Positions 9,958-21,237 of a DNA stretch of 64,000 nt are shown here, in pieces. A model generated the notes under the pieces. The model saw only the letters and a program-made list of their open reading frames with translations, ran no database searches and was not told the origin of the DNA. Origin of the DNA: Mayamaea pseudoterrestris (taxonomy: Eukaryota). Each line of letters begins with the position of its first letter. Position 1 is the stretch's first letter. The DNA lies in contig BROI01000020.1 of NCBI GenBank assembly GCA_027923505.1, positions 372,001-436,000 on the forward strand. Direction: 5' to 3'. The position numbers and the translations under genes were made by a program.

Positions 9958-10436
9958 ATGAAACTAGCGTCGAATATGGAGTCCGATGAGCAAGGCATAC
10001 CCACAGAGGCAGCATCGCCATCATCCGTTTCCGTCGACGCAGCAGTCAATTCCTCGTCTGCAGCCTCCTCCTCAATCAGTGCAACTCCAGCAACAGCCAA
10101 AAAACCATCCATTCGCCACGCCGAAAAGAGGCGAACAAGTACCTGCATTTTGGCGGTCACATGATGTATCTACACGACCCTCCACCCCCTCCACTCGCCG
10201 CGCACGTTGCTCATTCGTCATTGAGCTGCCAATTGGCGGCAAACAATCTATGCGTCGCCGCCAGTCAGTTGCTGTCCTTGATTCGAACGCTGCGACTCGG
10301 TCTGCTGCTCATGGACGCCGATACCATTGATTTGGAGCAGAGGCAGCAAGTGCAGCAGGCGCAGCGAGACACGCAGCGCGCCTTGGAGCAAGCGGCACGG
10401 CAAATGCTCGCGTTGCTGCAGCGTCGGGAAACGTAG
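9958..10436 (+). CDS. Probable Mediator subunit 22 (Med22/SURF5)-like gene, apparent frameshift at the A6 run 10099-10104
   Basis: C-terminal ANNLCVAASQLLSLIRTLRLGLLLMD resembles the Med22 core (ANIVRA.ESL.KLVS.LK..LILND); ORFs 9958 and 10161 join if one A is restored. Confidence 0.45.
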
Positions 10437-10551
10437 GAGACAGAAGTTAGCATGAACATGTGCAATCATTATAGCAAATTCGAAGCTCTCAACAACACAT
10501 ATGCATTTAGTATTATAGTTCTATTTTATGCAATTTCTGCCGTATAATATT

Positions 10552-12156
10552 CTACCGGTAGACGGACGGCGCGACGCGTTCCCACGAGCTGCGTTGAAAC
10601 ACGCTCTCATCCAGCTTGGAACATTGCAGACTGTAATTCTTTTCCAGATAGCGAAAGGTTTGCTGATTGGGCTGATGATGCATGAGGCTCGTCGCTGTAT
10701 TGCCATGCGCAGCCTCCATCACATCGCGGCTCAACAAGACCTGCTTGCCCCGCACCAAAAAGTTGATGTCTTCGCGCAACTTGTAGTAGACTTCGTTTTC
10801 TGCGATTGGAAGACCGGAAAAGAAGCAAAAGCGCATGTACAGCTTCCAGACACGAACGTCGCGAATCTCCAATGGCAATGTGATGAACTGGTTCGGATAG
10901 AGAATTTGCATTTGGTCCAACAAGTGGCGGTCGGGGAGAGGTAACTGTCGCAGTAGTTCTTGTCCACTGGGCGAGCTTGAGTCCACACCGCCGTCAAGGC
11001 TTTTCGACGAAAGGTCGTCGTAACTTGTCAGCGGGCTCGTTGACATTTGGCTCGTGCTCGCTGTGGACGACGAGCCACTCCAATATCGACGTGAAGTCTT
11101 CTTCTTCTTCGTTTTGTATTTGTAAATGGCGTCGCAAACATCAATATTGTCAGACGCCACACCAACAGTAGAACCGATCGAATTACTGCTGCACGTGCTC
11201 GTCTTGGCCGGTAATCCCAGTGCAGACGGCAAGCAAAAGACAACCATGGTTCGCATATTCTGACGAAGGCAGCCAGCGTAAAACGGCGTGCCAGCGAATA
11301 TAGGCTTGCCACTAAAGTAGCAACCTCGACTGTCTCCTGGCCCGCCCTTTGGTTGCTTGGCCCCCACGGCGTAGAACGCCATGCGACGATGGTCGGGCAT
11401 GGTTTTCGAGCCAGTGGATACGTGACTGGATGGCAAGGTAAGCTCGCTAATGTTTCGTTCCAGTTCCAGCATGTCGCAGCTTACTTCCATGGAATGCGGC
11501 ATGGCAGGCGTGTTGGAACGCACAACGCTTGTTCGAACTGCAATTGGAGACTGGACTTGGACTTGGACTTTGCCGTCAAAGTGAACTTCAATGTCATCGT
11601 GATTCTCCCAATCGCCTCCGAACAGCAGCTCCGCTTGTCGTTGCTTTTGTCGGTGGCGCTGAATCCTCCGGAGCCGCGGCGTTTCAGCTGTATCACTTGC
11701 ACTTTTTGCGTTTGCCAACTCCTCATCACCAGGCGCCATCATTGGAGATATACCTAGCAGAGTGACTGACTGTTCGTTCCCGCCAAAGCAGTTGCATGGA
11801 TTGGTTGACATCATTCGACTGGAAAAGTAGCTGGCCTTGTCGCGCGCCAGATCACAAAATCGGCCAAACGGGGTCAAGTCATTGCGGCCCCGTCCGTCAG
11901 CTTGTCTCGTCGACTCTTTCCATGGACTAGACCCTATAGAAGAGCTAGATGCGCTCGTTTCGCTCAAATCGGTGCATTGTTGCTTGGACATGGCAGCCCC
12001 GCCTAGGCAGCTCCACGATGAACAAGTACAGCCGTCTGTCAAAACTGAAGGCCATGACAGCTGATCGATCATGAAAGTAAATGTCTTGCTGCTCATTGCA
12101 AGGTAGTTGTAGTGGAATGGGCAATGTGGCTTGCAGTTTCCAGGATCCTCACGCAC
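10552..12156 (-). CDS. Hypothetical protein with conserved-looking C-terminal domains (start uncertain)
   Basis: 534-aa ORF; two similar CYFSGKPI / CFFSGLPI motifs; Ser-rich linkers. Confidence 0.75.
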   Translation of the reverse strand: MREDPGNCKPHCPFHYNYLAMSSKTFTFMIDQLSWPSVLTDGCTCSSWSCLGGAAMSKQQCTDLSETSASSSSIGSSPWKESTRQADGRGRNDLTPFGRFCDLARDKASYFSSRMMSTNPCNCFGGNEQSVTLLGISPMMAPGDEELANAKSASDTAETPRLRRIQRHRQKQRQAELLFGGDWENHDDIEVHFDGKVQVQVQSPIAVRTSVVRSNTPAMPHSMEVSCDMLELERNISELTLPSSHVSTGSKTMPDHRRMAFYAVGAKQPKGGPGDSRGCYFSGKPIFAGTPFYAGCLRQNMRTMVVFCLPSALGLPAKTSTCSSNSIGSTVGVASDNIDVCDAIYKYKTKKKKTSRRYWSGSSSTASTSQMSTSPLTSYDDLSSKSLDGGVDSSSPSGQELLRQLPLPDRHLLDQMQILYPNQFITLPLEIRDVRVWKLYMRFCFFSGLPIAENEVYYKLREDINFLVRGKQVLLSRDVMEAAHGNTATSLMHHQPNQQTFRYLEKNYSLQCSKLDESVFQRSSWERVAPSVYR

Positions 12157-12726
12157 AAGACAAAGACGACTGCGATCGGCCTTGGTCGCTTGCTGTTGCG
12201 TGAAAGCAAAGCAAATTATTTATTACTCAGAACCAAGTACCATACACAATGATACAGCATAATCTCAAGACATTGCATCAAAAGCAAGCAGTTCCATGTT
12301 GACGCGTAAGCGCGCAAGTGTGTTGCCGTTTCTGCGACGAAAAGTGAGCTACTCTCCAGCGTTTCTCATAGCAGGCATGTCGCCATGGTTTGTTGCGTAA
12401 TTTGAATTTCCGAACGCTGCAATCGACGATTCGCCCGGCGCGCTAGAATATTGGATGGAATCTTCGTCCACAATTTCTCGCTCCACGACCTGGTTGCAGG
12501 TTCGTCGTTCGGATCAATGCTCCAGCTTGAACGGATAACAAGCAAGCTTCCTTCACTTGAAAGTACGCGCATTCGACTACACAACAATTCAAATGAGTAA
12601 TAGATGAGGTGCTGCCAGGGCAGAGCTGAGTGTGTGAGCATCACCTTCACCCTTCACCCTTCACCGTCCGCCTCAAAATGGATCAAGCGCGCGATTCAAA
12701 ATTACTATTGATGAAAGAGATATTCT

Positions 12727-12993
12727 ATGAATAAAAAGCTGAAACAGCATTATTGGACCTCAATTCATGACATGATTCGATGGATAGGCGCGCAAAATGC
12801 GATCCTCGACCATCAATGCCAAAGCGTCATTGCGACATCATCCACGCTGGAGCAAGCTCGAGCTCACCGCAACGCTAGCAATCCACCACACGCTCCATTA
12901 TACACAACTATGATGCATCCAGACGCCATGAGCCTGCAAACTGCAACTTTTGACAAGGAGGAAGATCTTGACGATGTCGAGCTGGCATCTGCC

Positions 12994-13027
<34 letters not shown>

Positions 13028-13671
13028 TCACTGCCGATGATGACGCTTCGCACGAGACTTGCTCCTTGTCCGTGCCCGACGAATCCGAGTTGTTGCGCAT
13101 TTATCGCATCAAGTATCGCGTCTTTCGCGATAGCAAGCTCAAGCTGTGCAGCGACTCGCCGTACGATGTCATTGTCTGCAGCGAAAGCAAGGATGTTTGG
13201 TCGACGTTTGTCTTGAGTCGAGTGAATCACGAAGCAGACGATATCATTGCAGCTGACACTCAAATTCAGGCGTTTGAAGTGACGCTTTCCATGAGCCCGC
13301 TCCAGCGACAGGTGGCCAAGGTCGGTTGGATTGCCAAGAGTTCCGTCGCCACGTACGATGGATCGACAAGCAGCCACATGGCAGTCATTGCGCGAGACAC
13401 TGACATGGTGGAGAATGCCAAGACGTTTTACATCATTTACAATGGCATTGATCGAAGTGTTGCTCCAATTGCAAACGTTGACGCAGTCTGGGAGCAAAGA
13501 ACGATTAACATTCGTTGCGTGCTGCACGAAAAGACTTGGATGGTAAATGGCAAGTTGCTCTACACGGACGACCACGACTGGATGCAGGAGGCCAATGGAT
13601 CCGAGCTGCTGCCTCTAGTAAAGATGAACCAAGGCTCCTTTTCGTTTACGCGGATTGAGCTTGGCGATTAA
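12727..13671 (+). CDS. Hypothetical protein with poly-Q tract (start possibly 12910)
   Basis: 314-aa ORF with host-like codon usage; (CAG)10 at 12997-13026. Confidence 0.65.
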
Positions 13672-15049
13672 TATTAAAAGGAATGGACGGCCTTATTCTC
13701 GAGGGTCATGTACTCATCGTTAGTGGGCAATATTCTTGTGACATTTACCTGTATATGAGATATAGAGTAATATACAGTTTCCATAGTCAAAGACTGTTTT
13801 CTACTCATATTTACGTCTGCAGCCGTTCCAAATGTCAATTTTATTGCAGGCGGATAGCTAAATTCAACGTGGATCTTTGAAGGTTGACGCACGTTCCGTG
13901 ACGGATAGACCTGATCTCTAGGAAAGCTGGAATTGTTCCTTGTCCTAGCAAGCAGACTTAACCACCGGAATGATTCCAAACAAATGTGCACCAGCAATCA
14001 AAGAAGAGCCACAGTGGACATTCAACATATTGATGTCGAAAGTAAGCTGGAGTAGTGGGGCAAGTTGGCAGCAATCCAGCTAGCGTAACAAGGCCGGCTG
14101 CCGCCGTTGGCACTGACCCAGTCTTGGGTGTTTGGATGGCAGGTTGGTCTATCAGTGGTGATTGCAATGGATAGGCACCTCATTTATTGTTCGCATGAGA
14201 CAGCGGTTGGGTAGCTATCCGCTTATTGCCAGCATGAACTAGCGGGATCTGTTCGCAAGAGATTATTGGTGCGCTGTTTGCAACGGTTACGTAGCTGTCT
14301 GACCTAATGTATTGCAGTGGGTTACGCACGCACAGATGCACTCACATGCAAAACTTTAACTCACTGAGCCCATTCTGGGTCAGTGAAAGTTGCAACTGGA
14401 CTGTACCCAATTGGACTATACCCAACTCCAAGCCTGAAGATCTCAGGACTCAAAGCAACCTCTTCATAAACATCCAGTGAAGCTGTCTAAAGGTCTTTTG
14501 TAGTAAAAAGTTGCAGCGATGGTTGTCAATGACATGCGACGCTGCTTGCCAGAACCAAACGGCTGGTTCGTTTTGAGTTGTTTGGAAAATAACTGACTGT
14601 GGATGCCTCCACACAAGTATACCTCCTTATAATCTGGTGCACTCAGAGCATAGGGAACCTTTTGGTAAATGAATACCTTCAGTGAGCATGAACTTATCAT
14701 GACTGCATGGGCAGCACTGATTGGCAATGGCCAATTCGCAGTCAAACTCAGATCTTATGGAGAGTTCTTCATTATCCATCATGTAATGTGCGTTTTTGCT
14801 TTCATTGACTTGCCAGAACCATGCTGCTGCGCATCTCATGTAGCCTCTTGTCACATACAGGAAAGGGAAGATGTTCTATAATCACTGACCCGTACAAAGT
14901 AGGGTCCAATGAGTACACAGTTTCTCGTGTCTGTCTGTCAAGATATCTGTGCCTCTAGGGTAATGAAACTTCAACAGGCAGAATCCATTGGAATGGTAAA
15001 TGTCACATTGGCGCATTACTTCAAACAACTATAAGGACTGCACAAAGCT

Positions 15050-15600
15050 GTACAGTGCCATAATATAGGAAGTAGGTACATCCATGTACTATCAATATAA
15101 TATTGACTGGCCCTAGACTACAATAGCAGACTTGAAACTGTACAGCAACATAGTGTAGGAAGTAGGTAACATCCATGTACTATTATTGACAGGCCCTAGA
15201 CTACAATAGCTGAGCTACCATCAAATCCCACCAGTGCATTACATGCAGAGGTACACATTTATCTACTCAGCTATAAGATACGAGCCATTGGGAAAGGAAG
15301 AGCTACAGTCAGGCCCACACTATGAAGTGCAGTGCTTCAGTCCAGCCCCACACTACCAGCAGCAATGAAAGAGGTCTTAGGAGTTTATAGAGCTACCATC
15401 CAGCTACCAGTATGACTATGGAGACAAGCCCTATGCATACAAGCTACAGTCAGGCCCCATTGGTACTCTACAAGCAGTAGATCTACATCAATATCTCAGT
15501 ACAATATTAAGGAGCTACCATCCATATTATGGAGAAAGGCCCAGCACTACAAAGGCAGAGCTGCAGTCAAGCCCTACACTACAAATCGTGGTGCTATACA
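15050..15600. repeat. Degenerate tandem repeats (~85-bp pair, then GAGCTAC(A/C)-containing units)
   Basis: TGTACAG...TAGGAAGTAGGTA(A)CATCCATGTACTAT...GGCCCTAGACTACAATAGC occurs twice; recurring AGCTACAGTCAGGCCC / GAGCTACCATC motifs follow. Confidence 0.75.
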
Positions 15601-15629
15601 GTCACACAGGTATCACGTCCGTTCGTGCA

Positions 15630-18150
15630 CAAGTGCCGAGGCAGTGCCAAAGTCCATGAGGTCCCCTAGTTTTTGGATCATGAAACTTAAAAAAAGTTGC
15701 AGAAACCAAGGACCCAGAGAAGTGAGCTGTTGCAATCCGTCACACTGTCAGGGGTATGTGCACTTCCATTGCAGTTGCAATGCAGTGGGTGGTGTTGTCC
15801 ACGGAGATATTAAGTGAGTGATTAAGAGCTTCAATTCATTTGGCCAGCTTACGCATGTTGCTTACTTTGGTAATCATTTTGCGGTGGTCACTATGACTGT
15901 CATGGAAGGGGATGGGCCAATCTTTGCATTTACTATCTTGGCGAGTGGGAGCTGTTGCCGGTTGGTGCTATTGACTTTTCGCTCATTGATTGGGGATTTG
16001 GGGAATTTGATGTTCCTGATAAATGTGTGAGCCACTCAGCAAATGCTTTTATTGAACCAGCAAGGCTTTTGGTGATAAACAGGCTTGGTTCAAACTATAG
16101 CGACGGTTACAATTTGGTGCTAGTCATCTTGGCAGCTTTAGATGGGGGTGTTACAATGTGGGAAACGATGCGCATGGGGGGAATCACCTGTCCGGAAGCC
16201 TTTCATGAAGCTGTCTGTGCGTTGATTAAGCAAGACAGACTGGGTCACATATTTAATGCCAAGAAGAAAGTAATTGTGGCAAACTCATTCTGGTTCCACC
16301 TTGTCCTTGTGTATACAAAGGATAGATGGATATCAATTGAGTTGCATGCTGTTTGTGATGGCCAGCTAGGCACCTTAATTGCAGACACGCATGAGCATCC
16401 ACATTTTGCATAAGATGTAGAATGGTTTTTGTTGGCATATGGTCCCAAATAAAAACACATACGCCGGAGCAGTGTCATCAAATTGGGCATGCTTGTCAGG
16501 AGCATGCATTTACTGCTACATGCATTGGAGCACCGGGCATATTTGCCAAATAAGGTATGCGCATTGACAACTGCATCCAAAGGTCCTGATGAGTAAAATT
16601 GCAAGTGAAAGGTTGCTCAAAAAATTACATTGCCCCAAGAAGCCAATAGGCATTGTCATTTAAACACACGAGTAGTTACCTATATAAGGACCAAGGTAGT
16701 ATAAGCCTTCGTCTTTGCCAGAAACTATGCGGTCAGGCTCAACAACAGCCTCCCCCTCCAGAATTACGGCTGCAGGCTCTGGAGTCGGGACATGCTTTAG
16801 CACATTGTCCAAGTTTCATCCTGATCCTCAAAGAATTGGTATAAATCATCTTGAAGCAATGCCAAATTTACACAAGTTGTGTCGACGGTTGTGAAACGCT
16901 TTGGAATATCCAAAAGTTGCTCCTGCATGTTGCTCAATTGGGCTGTTTGGGTTTTGTGTTGACCGTGCTGCACCTCAGTCAATGTGCCAAATTGCTGGTC
17001 CATGAAGACATGGGTAGCACTGACTTGCAGCGAGGTTTTCAACATTTGTCTGTGAAGTTAGTGCACTTGCTTTAAGGTAGGAAATCTGCTGCTGCTGATG
17101 CTCCAAGACCAGATCAAAGAGCTCTGTGACAATGCCTAGGAAAGAATGAAACCGGCCATTGATCATCTTCTCCAGTGCTTCATGCTTTGCAATTTGCAAC
17201 TGCTGCTGCCAATGCTGCTGTGCAGCTTCATCAAAGCGGTGGTTGAAAAAGCCTTGAAATGATGCCAACTGTGTAGCAACATTCTGCAACTGGGCGAGTG
17301 TGGTGTTGGCGCGCGTCTCGTCATGGCATTGCGTGTGGTCTGCGCCTCAGAAATGTATTCGAAGCTTTCGTTGGAAGATTGTTGGAAGACTGAAAGCCGC
17401 TCCATGATGGTGGCAAGTTGACCATTCTGCTCAGTGAAGATACCTGCAAGTTGGTCAAAGCGGTTGGTGTTGGAGGCTTGGTGTGCTCCAAGTTGTGTCA
17501 CAAAATCTTTATTGCTTAAAAGCAAGGCTACAGCATCTTGAATGGCTGTGAACTGCGCAGGAAGGGTTGTAAGTTTTTGGCCGTAGATTTGACAAGCCAA
17601 CTGAGTGCCATGTTGATGCTTGTTGTGGTGGATGTTACGTGGCCAGGTTGTCCCGAAATGGCTGACACCTGCTGGCTTGCACTGCTGACTTGGTCATACC
17701 CATGGCATTGCCCCTGACAGTGATTGAATGCAGTCTGCTGCAAGTTGAGCTGCTGCAAAAGGTTGGGAAAGGTGACGGCTCCATTGATGTTGGCGTTGTT
17801 GGTGTTGGCTGCAATGACTTCACGCAAATTGGCAATTGCTTGGTTCAAAGCATTGGTATTGTTACTGCTGACAGTTGACATGTGGTTGCGCAAATCCACA
17901 AACCCTTGGCTAAGCTGCGAGGTCATGCTGCCAAAGCTTTGGGTGACTCCTGCAAACTGTTTGGGAAGCCAAATGACATGGCCGTTGATGGTGTCATTCA
18001 ATGCCAAACGCGCACCATACCCTTGGCAGAACTTTTTTAAAACTTGCGCGGCACCCTGAGGGACCTGATGGAGTTGCTCAACAAGGTCTGCAAAAGATAG
18101 TGAATGGATGTTAGTGACTGTTTGCTTGTCCACACACTGCCCTTGTGTGC
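15630..18150 (-). pseudogene. Decayed long ORF(s) with Gln-rich coiled-coil N-terminus, family unknown
   Basis: Chain of overlapping minus-strand ORF fragments (17528-18133, 17163-17600, 16975-17289, 16797-17045) with heptad-like sequence; CpG-poor DNA. Confidence 0.5.
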
Positions 18151-18212
18151 ATGCATACCTTCATATTGAGTGGCAACCGGAGGAGCTGCAGTTTAAATGT
18201 GAGAAAAGTTTG

Positions 18213-18412
18213 ACGACAAGTGGTGAGCGACAAGTGGCAAGCAACAAGCGGTGAGAGACAAGCGGTGAGCGACAAGCGGCGAGCGGTGAGTGACAAGCGA
18301 CAAGCGGCAAGTGACAAGCGACAAGCGACAGATGGCGAGCGACAAGCGGCAAGCGACAAGCAGCGAGTGACAAGCGGCGAGCAACAAGTGGCGAGCAACA
18401 AGTGGCAAGTGA
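18213..18412. repeat. 7-bp period minisatellite (GCGACAA / GCGGTGA / GTGGCAA variants)
   Basis: About 28 consecutive degenerate heptamers. Confidence 0.9.
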
Positions 18413-19789
18413 CTTACCCTCAACATGAACCATTGCACCACGGTTACAACCGGTTGCAGCTGCAATGAAGCAGACAAATGAGCAGGCTCTGATGCAGTTT
18501 TGGCTAGGAGGGCATTTCCTGCGGCCATCGTGCAACATGTCTCCTCGACAACGACACAGCAATTGCGCAAAGGTCATTGTTTTTTGGCAGCAGTAGCGGT
18601 AGTAACCATGATGGAGGAGAAACCAAAAAGAATTGAGTGTGATGGGTTCCACGATTCAATTTTGTGAGCCTCGATTTTTGATCAAAAGTGAGGAGGTGCT
18701 TCTGATTCTGGCCCTAGAGCAAATCAATACGTCTTACGTGTTCTCCGTAATAATTCAACGCTTAGTAGACTTTCTACGGTTCTGTTTCCGTAGAGTTTTT
18801 GTGGGAGGCCACGATTTGATTGTGGACTCCAGAGCTCAAAATGACCTTTGCTTCCGAGACCTAAGTAAAAAGACATGTTAGAGTCATTCGTTGCGAGAGT
18901 CCTCGACTCAAGCTTGAACTCCCGCGTGTCGCGTGGACGTCACACTCTGCCACCTGCCACCACATTGAATCATTGTTGAACAGTCGTCACGCAGGCACAT
19001 GCACACAGCAGTTGGCGATCCACTTTCAACTTACCATAAGAAAGAAGCAATCAAGCAATCAAACAATCAAAGTGGTGGATTAAATTTGTGGTAAAGACTG
19101 CATTAAAGGAAGTGGAGGAAGTGCTGCAATGGTGAAAGCTGTGTCCACAGTACAGCCAAAGCAGATTGTCAATTTGTCAATCAATTGTTGTGTTTGAGCT
19201 GCGAATGTGTCCCCACACTTTGCAGAGAGCCCACTGCTGCTCCACGATGGCGTGCTCCACAACAGCATGCTGTCCCACGATCGTGTGCTGTTCCACATCC
19301 ACATGCTGCTGCACGTGCTGTCACGTACGCGTGCCATCCAGGAGTTAACCAGATTTGATTTGGCTTGGCTGATGGCCAGAGTGACAACAGTGTACGGAGA
19401 GCGTGTATGATGGTAGATATTATGATATAACAGGAGTTTTTGCATGTATCTTTATACTGTAGCGCACACCTATTGTCCATGGTCAAGCAGCTCACATGCT
19501 GGATGCTGGCAGCATGGCGCGCGCGGATTTCAAAAAAGTCGTACCGGTTATTACACCAGGCTGGTGCACTGACGCACCTACATCATCAGCAGCTCTTGCG
19601 AGCTGCAAGACCTGTGACGAAGTGGTTTCTTTGTTCACAATGAGATTGTCCTCACCATCGTCAACCTTTTGCCCTTTCATTAACTGTCAAGTGTTTTTGC
19701 CTCTCAATCAGTCTGTGAGATATAGATTTGATTTTGGTTGTGACATGTATGAAAGTTTCTGTTGTTGGTAGATACTATGAGAATAACAG

Positions 19790-20019
19790 GATTTTTTTGC
19801 CACTGGTGCACTATCCAATGCGCATCTGCATGGTTTGTCCCAGATGTTCAAATGGCATGGTGAAACCCCTCCATCACATCCAAGTAGCTCAGTGACTGCC
19901 AGAAAAAAAATAAAAACTTCTGAGTACCACTTGAATGGTCATCTGCTTACAAAGAAGGTGTCACTGGTGCACCAGTCTACCATCCAATGAGCACCTGCAT
20001 GGCTAAACCCTTGTCACAT
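19790..20019. repeat. Satellite, left part
   Basis: ATGTTCAAATGGCATGGTGAAACCCCTCCAT...GGTCATCTGC...GAGCACCTGCATGG unit shared with 36353 onward. Confidence 0.85.
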
Positions 20020-20331
20020 TGTAACTTGTAAATCAAATCGTTGCACCTTTCGCTGGTAGCTGTCCATGGATGGCCAATCCAAGCTTGCAGTTGCTACAAT
20101 ACGAGAGATGAATAAATAACTTTCTTAACTCTTCAAGCTTAGTAAGTCTGCTTGTTTCTACTCTATATCGCACTTGTTTCAGCAATATGTTTGTTGAATC
20201 GCTTCGAAGCCGTCACTGCCACACATCACGCAATTGTGAGGCTGTGGTGAGCCACGAGTGCCACTGTGTCACCCTATCGGACATTCAGTGTGACTTGCCC
20301 AATTTTCACTGTTTTCGTTCGCATCCTGCAA
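20020..20331 (-). repeat. 3' LTR of element B
   Basis: About 92% identical by manual alignment to 36036-36347; adjacent minus-strand purine tract TTGAGGGGAG. End uncertain by 1 bp. Confidence 0.9.
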
Positions 20332-20344
20332 CTCCCCTCAAGTC

Positions 20345-20689
20345 ATACCTAATAGTTCGATTCCTTGAAGAGCAGGTTCTTTAAGTGCTTGCTTGCCATA
20401 GCCCGCGGAAGAAACTTTGGTAAGTACATCCACTGCGTTTGTCGTCGTTCCCATGATGTGGTTGAAATTAATAATTCCCGCCGCAATTGCTTCACGTACA
20501 TGGTGAAATGCCAGTGCATTGTGTCGCTTCGTCAGACTAGAGTGTGGTAAGTTGCTACTTTGCGTTACCAACTTGTTGCCTCCAAACATCCATGAGGGTC
20601 CATCAAGCGGAACTCCCAACATGCGTAGAGTGAAGCGAAGATCCATGATCTGCTCCGTGCTCACTCTTGCTGCTACAAACTCCGAGCCG
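20345..20689 (-). pseudogene. Element B RNase H C-terminal half
   Basis: GSEFVAAR...MDLRFTLRMLGVP...KRHNALAFHHVREAIA...DVLTK. Confidence 0.9.
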
Positions 20690-21018
20690 TGACACAATAT
20701 TATTGAGTTGAGTTGACCTGCGTCTCATGACAAGACGGTTAGCTACCTGTGTTTTGTATGCATTTAATCCTGTGCAGGGTTGAGTCACACTTGTGACCGA
20801 ATCCTCACATACATGAGTGAAATCGCTGACGATCGAGGCGTGAACCTCAACCGTGAACCCAGTGAGAACGAGAAAGAAGCGCACGAGTAGAGTAGCGAGT
20901 AACATGCACTATTCTAGCAATTGAGTTTGTTTGTTTGCTTTACGCTGGACGAAGAGGTTGATCGCTCCTAGTCCATTGTAGTCGCTGGAATAAAGGTTCG
21001 TCTGATATTATCATGTCA
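20690..21018 (+). repeat. 5' LTR of element C
   Basis: Direct repeat of 26925-27253; AATAAA near the 3' end. Confidence 0.95.
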
Positions 21019-21030
21019 GATTAACAGTCT
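21019..21030 (+). other. Putative primer-binding site complementary to a tRNA-Asn(GUU) anticodon arm
   Basis: GATTAACAGTCT; with the terminal LTR A its reverse complement is AGA-CTGTTAA-TCT, a 7-nt anticodon loop CU-GUU-AA. Confidence 0.6.
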
Positions 21031-21237
21031 TGCTAGCTTGTCTTGACCTGAGAGAGCTGTGCGAAAGAGAGAGAGTGAAAGAATCGAGAAATTGAGAGAG
21101 AAAGAGCAGATTCCTTGCGGCGTCGTCAATCCGAATACTTGGCACGAGTGCGTAGAACAGGATCGTATAAGGCTCGACTGCATTGAGAGTGGTTGTTGTG
21201 TGAGAAAGGACTTGCGGAAAGCGAGGTATTCACTATC

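Noticed and set aside
14355..14395. Imperfect hairpin CACTGAGCCCA...TGGGTCAGTG as a Helitron end or terminator
   Set aside because: No CTRR terminus or Rep/helicase remnant is recognisable.
15955..16413. Plus-strand ORF loosely resembling a Ulp1 protease
   Set aside because: No HW or catalytic Cys motif; more likely antisense to the decayed minus-strand ORF.
18111..18652. Cys/Leu-rich ORFs (CRLSLVA repeats)
   Set aside because: Translation artefact of the 7-bp minisatellite.
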